A stretch of DNA of 39,298 bases. Source: Candidatus Woesearchaeota archaeon (lineage in GTDB: Archaea > Nanobdellota > Nanobdellia > Pacearchaeales > GW2011-AR1). The position numbers and the translations under genes are program-made. The stretch is from positions 1 through 39,298 of the forward strand of contig CAYUEW010000002.1 of assembly GCA_964444095.1 (NCBI GenBank), given 5' to 3'. The notes under the pieces are model-generated. The model searched no databases and was not told the DNA's origin. It saw nothing but the letters and a program-made list of their open reading frames with translations. Shown here in pieces: positions 31,199-39,298 of this stretch (the stretch's first letter is position 1; each line of letters opens with the position of its first letter).

Positions 31199-34057
31199 AT
31201 GCCTTATATAAAAAAGATAGTGATGCATGGATTTAAGAGTTTTGTGAAGAAGACAGAAATCCCTTTCACCCCTGGGATAAATGTTATCTTGGGTCCTAAT
31301 GGGAGTGGGAAAAGTAATATTTCTGATGCATTGTGTTTTGTTCTCGGGAGACTTTCAATTAAATCTATGCGAGCCGCGAGAGCAAAGAACTTAATTTTCA
31401 TGGGAACAAAATCTATTGGACCGGCAAAGGAAGCCTCTGTAGAAATTGTTTTTGATAATGAAGATAAAACCTTCTCTCTTGAAACCAAAGAAATTTCTAT
31501 AAAACGGATTGTAAGAAAAAACAGCCAGAGTATATACAAAATAAATAATGAAACAAAAACAAGGCAAGAAATTTTGGCGTTATTGGCTCAAGCAGGAATT
31601 GACCCAAACGGTTTTAATATTATTCTGCAGGGGGAGATTCAAAATTTCGTGAGAATGCAACCAGAAGACCGGAGAAAGATTATAGAAGAAGTTTCAGGAA
31701 TTTCTATTTATGAAATGAGGAAAGAAAAGTCATTGAAAGAATTAAATAAAACAGAAGATAAATTAAAAGAGGTGACAACGATTCTTAGAGAGCGAACTAT
31801 TTTTTTGAATAATCTTGAGAAGGAGAGACAGCAAGCACTTCGTTATAAAAGATTGGAGAAAGATATTAAGAGATACAAGGCGAGCATAATTTACCACGAT
31901 TTGACAAAAAAGAAAAAAGAAGCTGAAGTGATTGAGGGGGGCATTTCTAAAACAAGGAAAGAAGTAGACAAATCAAAGAAAGTGAGTTTGACAATCCAAG
32001 CGAATATAGAGAATATGGAATCAAAAGTTCTGTCAATTAATTCAACTATTCAAAAATCAACAGGGCTTGAGCAAGAAAAACTTAATCAAGAAATAGCAGA
32101 TATTCGTGCAGAGCTTGCAGGAATAAATGTGCGAGTAGAAAATTATGAGAAAAAACTTTTAGAAATAAGAAAGCAAAAACAGGAATTTGAACAATTGCTT
32201 AATGAAGATAAGTCCTCGATAAAAAAACTTCAGGCAGATTCTCCGAGCAAATCTCGGACTCAAAAAGAGATAGAAGACAAGAAAAAAGAACTGGAAGAAT
32301 TTGAAGAGAAAAGGAAAAAATTTTACACGACCAAGTCAGAATTGAAATCTATTCGCGAGAGAATTCATGATAAAGAAGTTCTTTTGCAAAATTTCACAAA
32401 TGAAGCTGAATTTTCAATAAAACAAATAAAATCTTTTTTTAGAGATTTGTTTGATAGAAATACTAAACAAGAAAAAGTGGACACATTGAAATTCGCACTT
32501 ACAGAAAAAAGAGAATTATTAGAGCGATTGAATAAGCGAGAAATAGAACTTGAGAAAGTTTCTGGAGCAAACGAGTATGAAATAGATAAACAGACAAAGT
32601 TGGTTGGGAAAATTTCTAAGATGGATGTTTGTCCGCTTTGTAAAAATAAGATTACTCAAACGCACATAGATGAAATGCATAAGGATATTATTCCGCAAAT
32701 CGCATCTTTGAAGAAAGCGACAGAGAACTCAGATAAAGAATTAGCAGAAATTTATAATAAAAAAGAAATGATTAAACAGGCGATAGAGCAAGCGACTGTG
32801 GAGATTTCAAAGCGAGAGTCTGACTTGATTAAGATTGCAAACATAGATGAAAAGAAAGAGCAGATTAAAATTCTTCAAGCAAAGGTTGATGTTTTGCGTG
32901 GGGAGTTGACAGAGTTAGCTAAGAGAAAGAAGAATCTTGAAATGAATTTTGATAAAGATTCTAATATTGAACAAAAGTATGAGACACTGCGAGTTGAGAT
33001 TCAGGAAATTTCTTCACGAACAAAAGAAAATATTAATTCAGAAATTTCGTTTAAGCAAAGAGAATTTGAACGGGCAAAGATTTCTCTTAATCAAGCAACA
33101 AGAGAAGAAGAGGATTTGCAAAAAGAATTACAAGAACTCAAGCAACAAAAAAATGAGCGGGAAAAATCTTTTGAGAAGAAAAAAGAGCTTGAGCAAAAGT
33201 TAATTGAAAGGTTTCAGAAATTGATTTTAGAGAGGGATGCTTTGCAAAAAGAAGTAAGAGAGACAGAAATCAAGCTTGAGTCAAATAAAAATGTCACATA
33301 CAATTTTGAACGAGATGTTAATAATTTAAAAATAGATATGGCGCGAGTTAGTGCAGAAGTTGAGAATCTTGAAACCGAGATGTTGGAGTTTCCAAATATT
33401 GAAATGATAAGAGTAAACAAGGATTCTCTTTTACAAAAATTAAACAAAGCGCAAGAAATTATTTCGCGGATTGGTTCTGTAAATCTTCGTTCTTTGGAAG
33501 TTTATGAACAGGTTAAAAAGGAATATGATTCTGTCCAAGAAAAAGCAGAGATTATCAGTAAAGAAAAAGAAGGTGTGATGAAAATAATCCATGAGATAGA
33601 CATAAGAAAGAAAAAAGAATTCTTGAAAACACTTATTTCGCTTAATGAAATTTTCACACGGAATTTCTCCCATTTAAGCGAGAAAGGAAAGGTTTATCTT
33701 GAGATGGAAAATAAGAAAGACCCCTTTGAAGGAGGGATAAGTATAACAGTGAAAACAGGACACGGGAAATATCTTGATGTGAAGTCATTGTCTGGGGGAG
33801 AGCAAACCCTTGTTGCACTTTCCTTAATTTTTGCGATACAGGAATTAAGCCCGTATTATTTTTACATATTGGACGAAATTGATGCAGCGCTTGATAAAAG
33901 AAACTCATCACGGCTTGCGAATTTGCTTCAGAAGTACATGCAGAGAGGACAGTATATTGTTATTTCGCATAATGATGAAGTTATTTCAAATGCAACAAAT
34001 TTGTTCGGAATAAGCATGCATGACGGAATTTCAAAAGTAGTTAGTCTGAACGTTTAA
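31199..34057 (+). CDS. SMC-family chromosome ATPase with central CxxC hook instead of an obvious hinge
   Basis: The SMC-type head reads IVMHGFKSF..ILGPNGSGKSNISDALCFVLG, ILQGEIQNFVRMQPEDRRKIIEEVSGIS, and signature/Walker B LSGGEQTLVALSLIFAIQELSPYYFYILDEIDAALD. Long coiled coils follow. CPLC lies at residues 478-481 of 952. Confidence 0.85.
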   Translation: MPYIKKIVMHGFKSFVKKTEIPFTPGINVILGPNGSGKSNISDALCFVLGRLSIKSMRAARAKNLIFMGTKSIGPAKEASVEIVFDNEDKTFSLETKEISIKRIVRKNSQSIYKINNETKTRQEILALLAQAGIDPNGFNIILQGEIQNFVRMQPEDRRKIIEEVSGISIYEMRKEKSLKELNKTEDKLKEVTTILRERTIFLNNLEKERQQALRYKRLEKDIKRYKASIIYHDLTKKKKEAEVIEGGISKTRKEVDKSKKVSLTIQANIENMESKVLSINSTIQKSTGLEQEKLNQEIADIRAELAGINVRVENYEKKLLEIRKQKQEFEQLLNEDKSSIKKLQADSPSKSRTQKEIEDKKKELEEFEEKRKKFYTTKSELKSIRERIHDKEVLLQNFTNEAEFSIKQIKSFFRDLFDRNTKQEKVDTLKFALTEKRELLERLNKREIELEKVSGANEYEIDKQTKLVGKISKMDVCPLCKNKITQTHIDEMHKDIIPQIASLKKATENSDKELAEIYNKKEMIKQAIEQATVEISKRESDLIKIANIDEKKEQIKILQAKVDVLRGELTELAKRKKNLEMNFDKDSNIEQKYETLRVEIQEISSRTKENINSEISFKQREFERAKISLNQATREEEDLQKELQELKQQKNEREKSFEKKKELEQKLIERFQKLILERDALQKEVRETEIKLESNKNVTYNFERDVNNLKIDMARVSAEVENLETEMLEFPNIEMIRVNKDSLLQKLNKAQEIISRIGSVNLRSLEVYEQVKKEYDSVQEKAEIISKEKEGVMKIIHEIDIRKKKEFLKTLISLNEIFTRNFSHLSEKGKVYLEMENKKDPFEGGISITVKTGHGKYLDVKSLSGGEQTLVALSLIFAIQELSPYYFYILDEIDAALDKRNSSRLANLLQKYMQRGQYIVISHNDEVISNATNLFGISMHDGISKVVSLNV

Positions 34058-34452
34058 AGTTTGCCTTGTCTGTCATAAACGCCTTTAACTTTTTGACAAA
34101 CATCTATTAATTTTCCAGCCCCAGGAGTTTCATAAAATTCTTTCGGAGTATCTATTAATTGTTCTAAATATCCTTGAGCATCTTCTATTTGCCTAGCAGT
34201 TGCAAGAATCAATCTGGGTGAAAAATTTTTCTCCCCATTAAACTCTTCATAAATTTCTTTCAAACTATCTTGCCCAATAAAATGCATAACTGTCGCAGTA
34301 GTTATTAATCCATTTTGAATTTTTCCAAGATATTCTATCGCTCCTTTAATATATTCCTCTCCAGTGTCTGTGATAGAATTCTGATTATGTCTAACCTGAT
34401 TAATAATATAATCAAATACTAATTCTTGTCCGAAAACATTTGCTTCATCCAT
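34054..34452 (-). CDS. Hypothetical protein (132 aa), last gene of a three-gene unknown operon
   Basis: A clean ORF. Its stop codon overlaps the stop of the convergent SMC-like gene within TTTAAA at 34053-34058. Confidence 0.5.
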   Translation of the reverse strand: MDEANVFGQELVFDYIINQVRHNQNSITDTGEEYIKGAIEYLGKIQNGLITTATVMHFIGQDSLKEIYEEFNGEKNFSPRLILATARQIEDAQGYLEQLIDTPKEFYETPGAGKLIDVCQKVKGVYDRQGKL

Positions 34453-34503
34453 TTTGTTATTATTTAGTTTTGACTTTTAAATATTTATATTCTTTTAGGG
34501 ATT

Positions 34504-34884
34504 TTACTCTTTTCCTCCGAGTATGCCCAGAATATTTCCTGCATAAACCGATGCAATATCTATTATTGTATCTATTGCAATTTCACTTTCTTGAAAAACA
34601 TATTTATCTTCAACATATTCCCAGCCCCCATTGAATAATGTACCCACCATTAATCCTGCGACAACTCCTTTTGCACCTCCTCCTGCTCTTCTATAAGCAA
34701 GGGTTCCCATTCCAACCCCCATTGCTAAGTGGTCTACTGTGTTATACTTGTTTAAGTCATGATGGAGAAGAGAATTAGATAAGACACTGGCAATACTCCC
34801 CAAGCCCCACATCACTGCAAAATTAAAAGCACTTTCTTTTAAATCCTCTTTAAATGTCCTTTGTTCTAAAATGGTTTTTGTCAT
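34504..34884 (-). CDS. Glycine-zipper membrane protein (126 aa)
   Basis: GxxxG-rich hydrophobic segments are present (MGVGMGTLAYRRAGGGAKGVVAGLMVGTLFNGG; VYAGNILGILGG). Its start overlaps the upstream gene stop in an ATGA junction. Confidence 0.5.
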   Translation of the reverse strand: MTKTILEQRTFKEDLKESAFNFAVMWGLGSIASVLSNSLLHHDLNKYNTVDHLAMGVGMGTLAYRRAGGGAKGVVAGLMVGTLFNGGWEYVEDKYVFQESEIAIDTIIDIASVYAGNILGILGGKE

Positions 34885-35408
34885 TTTATTCCATGAAACA
34901 CGTCTGTGGCATATTCTTTAAAATTATTATAAATGCGATTAAATTCTTCTCTACCCGAGAAAGTTAATTCTGGAAAAGGAATTTGATCAATTAAGTATTC
35001 TATGTCAGAAAAATTCTCTTTAGATAATTTTTTTTCTGCATACATATTTGAAGATTCTATCATACAGAATATCGCATTGTCTATAGTTTTACTATTAATT
35101 TGAGAGGGAACCTTTTCTTTTCCATCTAAAAATATTCTTTTTGGGCTTCCAAAAATTGTTTCAACTCCAGAGGTAAAAAGAGTATCAGAAAGTTTTAGAT
35201 ACAATCCGGATATCTCTTCGAATTTTCCAAATCTTTTAAGTTCATTAAATGCAGTCCTTGCTTTGATATATTCAAAGTTCATTAAAAGATTTTTTCCAAG
35301 AGAAAGGAGTTTATCTGGAGAATAATTTCTGATTCTGTCTAATTCTGGTTTAATCAATCTAAGAACAGAATTCTCTTCAAAATTTGGTTGGGGGTATTCG
35401 TTTGTCAT
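34881..35408 (-). CDS. Hypothetical protein (175 aa), first gene of the three-gene unknown operon
   Basis: A clean ORF with soluble, helical-looking composition and no recognisable motif. Confidence 0.5.
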   Translation of the reverse strand: MTNEYPQPNFEENSVLRLIKPELDRIRNYSPDKLLSLGKNLLMNFEYIKARTAFNELKRFGKFEEISGLYLKLSDTLFTSGVETIFGSPKRIFLDGKEKVPSQINSKTIDNAIFCMIESSNMYAEKKLSKENFSDIEYLIDQIPFPELTFSGREEFNRIYNNFKEYATDVFHGIK

Positions 35409-35469
35409 CTTATTTCATCACCTCAGGAATATAAAAAAATAAAAAAATAAAAATAAAAATTTAGTAAGC

Positions 35470-36762
35470 TTAGTAGTAGCTTTCGCCGAATTCTTCAGCT
35501 TTTTCTGGTTTCTTTGTTATTAAAACAATCATAACTACCAATAGCACTACGAATATTACAGCCAAGATTAATGTAAGCACAAATATTGGGCTTGACATTC
35601 TGTCTGCATCTTCGCTTACGCCAGTATAGTTAACTGTTCCAACAAGTTCATTTCCGCTAAGGACTAATACATCAAAGTTGTATTCTTCGTCTTCAGGGAA
35701 TAATACTTCCACTAATTTGCTTGATCCAGCTTGTACAGCAATTGTTAACTCTTCAGAAGGGTAAACGATTGTGTAAACTTTCAAAGCATTTGTAGGGTTA
35801 AGTACTAACAAATTGCTTCCTGCTTTTAATACAACTTCAGGAAAACCATTTGCTACAGTAACTTGTTTCTCAACAATTTCACTGAAATCAGCAACTTCTA
35901 CTCCAAGAGTGTAGATACCTGATGCAACACTGTAAGGTACTTCTAAGTAAACTGTTACAGAATCTTCATCATCATCTGAATCGAATTCAGCAGCAGTAAC
36001 TAAGTCCCCGAAATAAGTAGTTCTTTCAACACCTAATTCAGTGATACTTACTGTCACATAAAGTTCTTCTAAGTCGTTGTATCCAGTATTTTTCAAAACA
36101 ACTTCAATTGGAGATGTTTCTCCAGCTGAAAGTGTGTTACTCATAATAACTGACTTTACTTCAACTTCGAATGACTCTCTTTGAACTCTCAAGGTGTCTA
36201 AAGAATTCTCTGTTTCTAAATCTGCATTCCAGACTTTAACAGTGAAATCCATATCTTCGCTTGATTTGTCTTCATCTACTTCTGGAACTTCTATTGTTAA
36301 TGTTTTAACATAAGTTTTTCCAGCTTCAACATCAAAATATGCTGAAGTAGTAGTTGAGTCGCCTTCTTCACCTTCAAGTTTTATTCTTACTCTAACATTA
36401 GACGCATCATAGTCACTATCGTAACTTGATTCATCAATGAAATTACCTACCGAAGTAGTGTCTAATACATCAATAAAACCATCTGCATCATTATCAAGAC
36501 CATCTGTCATACCAGTGAATACTGTAAATGTAACTTTAACAGTTACATCTTCACCAGCAATAGCAGTTGCAGAATTTACAGCTACATTATCTATTTGAAC
36601 AGATAAAGGAGTAGATGTAATTTCTAAAGCACTAACAGTTGTAGCTAAGAACAAAAGAGTCGCGATTGCTAAAAAAGAAACCAAAGTTCTTTTTGCATTC
36701 ATTTTGTTTTTCATCTTATATTTAATTGCAGAAAAACTTAGTTTTCTGTAAACTGGACACAT
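35470..36762 (-). CDS. Surface (S-layer/CARDB-like) protein with C-terminal membrane anchor
   Basis: The signal peptide is ..RTLVSFLAIATLLFLATTVSA. A Ca-binding-like motif reads DNDADGFIDVLD. CARDB-like strands are present (GETSPIEVVLKNTGYNDLEELYVTVSI). The C-terminus is a TM plus a KKPEKAEE tail. The true start is probably an internal Met (MKNKMNAK). Confidence 0.65.
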   Translation of the reverse strand: MCPVYRKLSFSAIKYKMKNKMNAKRTLVSFLAIATLLFLATTVSALEITSTPLSVQIDNVAVNSATAIAGEDVTVKVTFTVFTGMTDGLDNDADGFIDVLDTTSVGNFIDESSYDSDYDASNVRVRIKLEGEEGDSTTTSAYFDVEAGKTYVKTLTIEVPEVDEDKSSEDMDFTVKVWNADLETENSLDTLRVQRESFEVEVKSVIMSNTLSAGETSPIEVVLKNTGYNDLEELYVTVSITELGVERTTYFGDLVTAAEFDSDDDEDSVTVYLEVPYSVASGIYTLGVEVADFSEIVEKQVTVANGFPEVVLKAGSNLLVLNPTNALKVYTIVYPSEELTIAVQAGSSKLVEVLFPEDEEYNFDVLVLSGNELVGTVNYTGVSEDADRMSSPIFVLTLILAVIFVVLLVVMIVLITKKPEKAEEFGESYY

Positions 36763-36821
36763 AAAAACGACTTATAAACTTTATGGTGACAACATACATG
36801 TTCTATTATATAGTACTAACT

Positions 36822-36863
36822 GTAAGTAACAAATAGTGGCTTTATTTCTCGCTTGTTACTTAC
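36822..36863. repeat. Perfect 11-bp inverted repeat with 20-nt loop
   Basis: gtaagtaacaa (36822-36832) pairs with ttgttacttac (36853-36863). It lies in the 164-bp gap between two minus-strand genes, so it is a candidate terminator or regulatory hairpin upstream of the surface-protein gene. Confidence 0.5.
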
Positions 36864-36926
36864 TGCCTATAATCGCAATTTCCCAACGACAAGAAATTCA
36901 TACAAATTCAGAACACAGAGTAAAAA

Positions 36927-37307
36927 TTAATAGAAAGATTTCCTAACGCCAAGTCCTTTCTCCAATCTATATGATTGAGAGTTAGAATCTCCAACAGTAA
37001 CAATCCTAAACGCGTGAGGATAAGGCAAATCATACCATCGCCCTTTAGAAATATTCAAAAGAACGCTTTTAGCACTATCTGCATCTTCTGCTAATCTACT
37101 TTCAAGAATTGCTTTCATTGCTTCTGCTTCTGTTTTTGGCTTACCCTTAACAATTCCCAAAGAACCAGTATACCAAACCTTCTCTGTCAATTTTTGCAGA
37201 GTAGAATGATTACCAAAAATATTAACAAAATTGTGCGCACCTTCTTCTTGAAGACTCGCGTTTTTTATAGTCCGCTTTTCAACAGTTTTACCGAAATTAA
37301 TATCCAT
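36927..37307 (-). CDS. Hypothetical protein (126 aa)
   Basis: A clean ORF downstream of dnaG with no recognisable motif. Confidence 0.45.
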   Translation of the reverse strand: MDINFGKTVEKRTIKNASLQEEGAHNFVNIFGNHSTLQKLTEKVWYTGSLGIVKGKPKTEAEAMKAILESRLAEDADSAKSVLLNISKGRWYDLPYPHAFRIVTVGDSNSQSYRLEKGLGVRKSFY

Positions 37308-37379
37308 CTGATTATTGTGAGAAAATCAGTTTATAAAAGTTTGTAAAAAATAAAAAAGGGAGCAAAGCTCCCATTAAAA

Positions 37380-38510
37380 TTAAAAGCTAAGTAATTGAAT
37401 TTTCGTATCAGTTGTAGCGAAATTCTTCGCCACAAGAACCTGACATTCTGCTTCTTCTGCAGCCTGAATAGTTGAACTTGTTACTGTTCCATCAATTATA
37501 ATTAATGGATATTTCACATTGCTTCTTTTCAAGGTGCCGTTCAAACTCTTAGCAGAAACGCTTTTCGCTTCATTCAAAGATTCGTCTAAAAGAATTGCTT
37601 TTCCTGTTCCCTCATTCTTCACAAACAATCCCTTAACTTTCTCTTTGTCTTCATCACTTAATGCAAACCCGCTAGCTTCTGTTTTCTGGGGTTGTTTCTT
37701 CCCCAAAAAAACATGCAAAGGAACTTTCTTTCGCAATGCCATCAAGATTTCTTTTCCCATGAGTTCTTCAACTTCTTTTCCATCTGGGGCTGTTGCAACG
37801 TAAGCAACTGTAGCATTGTCAATAACATTTTGCGCAATCAATTTTCCACCCCTGTCTCCATCTGTGAACAAAGTAATTTCTTTTTCCTTACTTAATTCTC
37901 CGATTTCATCAGGCAGTTTGGTTCCGTTCATCGCAATAACATTGCTAACACCGTTCTTGATAAGATTCAAAACATCTGCTCTTCCTTCAACAACAATAAT
38001 TTCTTTTCCAGACAAGTCTCCGCAAGTAAGTTTGTTTTTTCCATACTCGCCAACTCCTGCCATTCTTGTTGAACCCTTAATCTCATTAGAGATTTCTCTC
38101 GAGCTTGTTGAACCCTGAATTTCTAGCATTAACTTTTTAGCTCTTTCAATGATGTAATCTCGCTTATTTCCACGAACATCCTCAATTCTTTCAACTTCGA
38201 TTTGAGAATCACAAGGACCAATTCTTTCAATTGTTTCTATAGCAGCACCAATCAAAGTTGTCTCTGACTGATCCAATGCAGTTGGGATTTGAATTTCACC
38301 AGTAGTTCGTTTGTTTTCCCTATGGATGTCAACTTCGATTCTACCAATTTTCCCTTCTTTCTGCAAATCCCTCATTTCGAGGTCTGCGCCAAGCAATCCT
38401 TCTGTTTGTCCGAAAAGAGCTCCGATTACGTCAGGCTTTTCTAAAGCGCCTTCAGCTGTAAAAGTTGCATGTATCATGTATTTTATTGATACTGGACTTA
38501 TTTTTGCCAT
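37380..38510 (-). CDS. dnaG: Archaeal DnaG primase (Toprim; exosome-associated)
   Basis: The N-terminus IKYMIHATFTAEGALEKPDVIGALFGQTEGLLG is the conserved archaeal DnaG N-domain. The Toprim region reads IIVVEGRADVLNL..TLFTDGDRGG. Confidence 0.9.
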   Translation of the reverse strand: MAKISPVSIKYMIHATFTAEGALEKPDVIGALFGQTEGLLGADLEMRDLQKEGKIGRIEVDIHRENKRTTGEIQIPTALDQSETTLIGAAIETIERIGPCDSQIEVERIEDVRGNKRDYIIERAKKLMLEIQGSTSSREISNEIKGSTRMAGVGEYGKNKLTCGDLSGKEIIVVEGRADVLNLIKNGVSNVIAMNGTKLPDEIGELSKEKEITLFTDGDRGGKLIAQNVIDNATVAYVATAPDGKEVEELMGKEILMALRKKVPLHVFLGKKQPQKTEASGFALSDEDKEKVKGLFVKNEGTGKAILLDESLNEAKSVSAKSLNGTLKRSNVKYPLIIIDGTVTSSTIQAAEEAECQVLVAKNFATTDTKIQLLSF

Positions 38511-38684
38511 TTTTTTCTCCGATTTAATTAATAAAATCTTTCGATTTCATATAGAAAAATATTCAAACCTATCTCTTACTAATTCTAAATCAATAATGAA
38601 TGTGAATGTAATTAATTTAATAATCTGATACCTTTCTAGTAATAATTCGTGCAGAAAAGAGTTTTTAAAGTTTTGGGAGCAGAA

Positions 38685-39298
38685 TTACTTAGACTTAACA
38701 ATTTCAGTACACATTCCAGCAGCAACAGTAGCACCTGCGTCTCTTACTGCGAATCTTGACATGAACGGATTGTCCTTTTGTGTTTCTAAACATAAATTTC
38801 CTTGAGGCCTAATTCTAACTTTTGCTGTGTCCCCGTTCTTCAAAAAGTCTGGGTTTTCCTTAATTGTTTCTCCAGTTCTTGGGTCTATTTGAGCAACTAA
38901 CTCAACAAATTGGCAAGGCACTTGAGCAGTATGTACGTGGAATACTGGAGTGTAGCCTTTTGCTAAAACAGTAGGATGATTAATTACAGTAATTGTAGCA
39001 AGGAATTCTTCAACAACAGGAATTGGGTTTGCAGATTCACAGATAACATCTCCTCTTGCAATATCTTTCTTTCCAACACCTCGCACATTGATTCCAACAT
39101 TATCTCCGGCTTCTGCTTCTGGAAGTGTTTCGTGGTGCATTTCAATTGTCTTAACTTCTCCTTCAATTCCAACACCAGTTCTTCCTGGAAGCACTTTAAC
39201 TTTTTGTCCAATCTTCATAATTCCTGTTTCAACTTTTCCAACAGGAACAGTTCCAATACCTGTAATTTCATAAACATCTTGAACAGGCATTCTCATTG
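38685..39298 (-). CDS. tuf: Translation elongation factor 1-alpha, C-terminal domains II/III only (N-terminus beyond window end)
   Basis: ..[40 protein letters not shown].. is the canonical aEF-1alpha domain II/III sequence. The track's Met is internal, and the reading frame stays open to the window edge. Confidence 0.9.
   Translation of the reverse strand, partial: MRMPVQDVYEITGIGTVPVGKVETGIMKIGQKVKVLPGRTGVGIEGEVKTIEMHHETLPEAEAGDNVGINVRGVGKKDIARGDVICESANPIPVVEEFLATITVINHPTVLAKGYTPVFHVHTAQVPCQFVELVAQIDPRTGETIKENPDFLKNGDTAKVRIRPQGNLCLETQKDNPFMSRFAVRDAGATVAAGMCTEIVKSK

Noticed and set aside
31204-33911. Several ORFs within or antisense to the SMC-like gene (31204-31539, 32949-33203, 33214-33447, 33440-33673, 33654-33911)
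   Set aside because: They are alternative frames kept open by the Lys/Glu-rich AT-biased coiled-coil coding sequence.
31199-34057. Calling this gene Rad50
   Set aside because: A central CxxC is present, but the head motifs (GFKSF, QGxI..RR.IIEE..G, LSGGE..ALSLIFAI..LDEIDAALD) are SMC-like and no mre11 gene is adjacent. I left it as an SMC-family protein with a hook.
37519-38628. Plus-strand ORFs antisense to dnaG (37519-37803, 37692-37895, 37816-38118, 38311-38628)
   Set aside because: The dnaG call is strongly supported. These translations are Ser/Phe/Pro-rich with no motifs.
38984-39273. ORFs 38984-39211 (-) and 39088-39273 (+), and the annotated Met start of the EF-1alpha ORF
   Set aside because: They are alternative frames of the EF-1alpha gene. 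The Met at 39296 is an internal residue of a gene that continues past the window end.
1-39298. Integrated mobile element, prophage or known defence system
   Set aside because: I found no integrase, transposase, capsid/terminase or cas gene, and no recognisable restriction or abortive-infection gene in any frame. The tRNA-linked partial repeats are only 63-160 bp apart and enclose no cargo.

Overview
This is an AT-rich archaeal chromosome segment. The archaeal assignment rests on archaeal DnaG, aEF-1alpha, RtcB plus archease, diphthine synthase, DtdA, an A1:U72 initiator tRNA and class-III-signal pilins. A small-genome DPANN-type lineage is my inference only. About two thirds of the window is housekeeping: rtcB/archease, TrpRS, PRPP synthetase, ArgRS, IleRS, diphthine synthase, DtdA, RNase HII, an SMC-like ATPase, DnaG, EF-1alpha, four tRNAs and a probable SRP RNA. 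The accessory part is a roughly 15 kb cell-surface island (1506-16147). It holds a Tad/Epd-like type IV pilus operon (ATPase, two single-domain platform genes, seven pilin-like genes, one fused to a very Cys-rich module). It also holds three secreted or anchored adhesin-like proteins, a beta-barrel-like lipoprotein and a secreted SNase-LTD nuclease. The most unusual signal is non-coding. At three unrelated loci (tRNA-Thr, tRNA-Ser and the TrmB-family gene 3' end) an 18-23 nt exact copy of the gene terminus sits 44-46 nt outside the gene. In each case the spacer carries a 6-10 nt inverted copy of the same terminus 3-7 nt from the genuine copy. The tRNA-Leu flank shows a related, more decayed version. 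Other points of interest are an SMC-head protein with a mid-protein CxxC hook, a frameshifted DEDDh exonuclease, and an operon of three overlapping or closely spaced unknown small genes. I saw no CRISPR array, integrase or transposase. All calls come from reading the sequence and the ORF translations; no searches were run.
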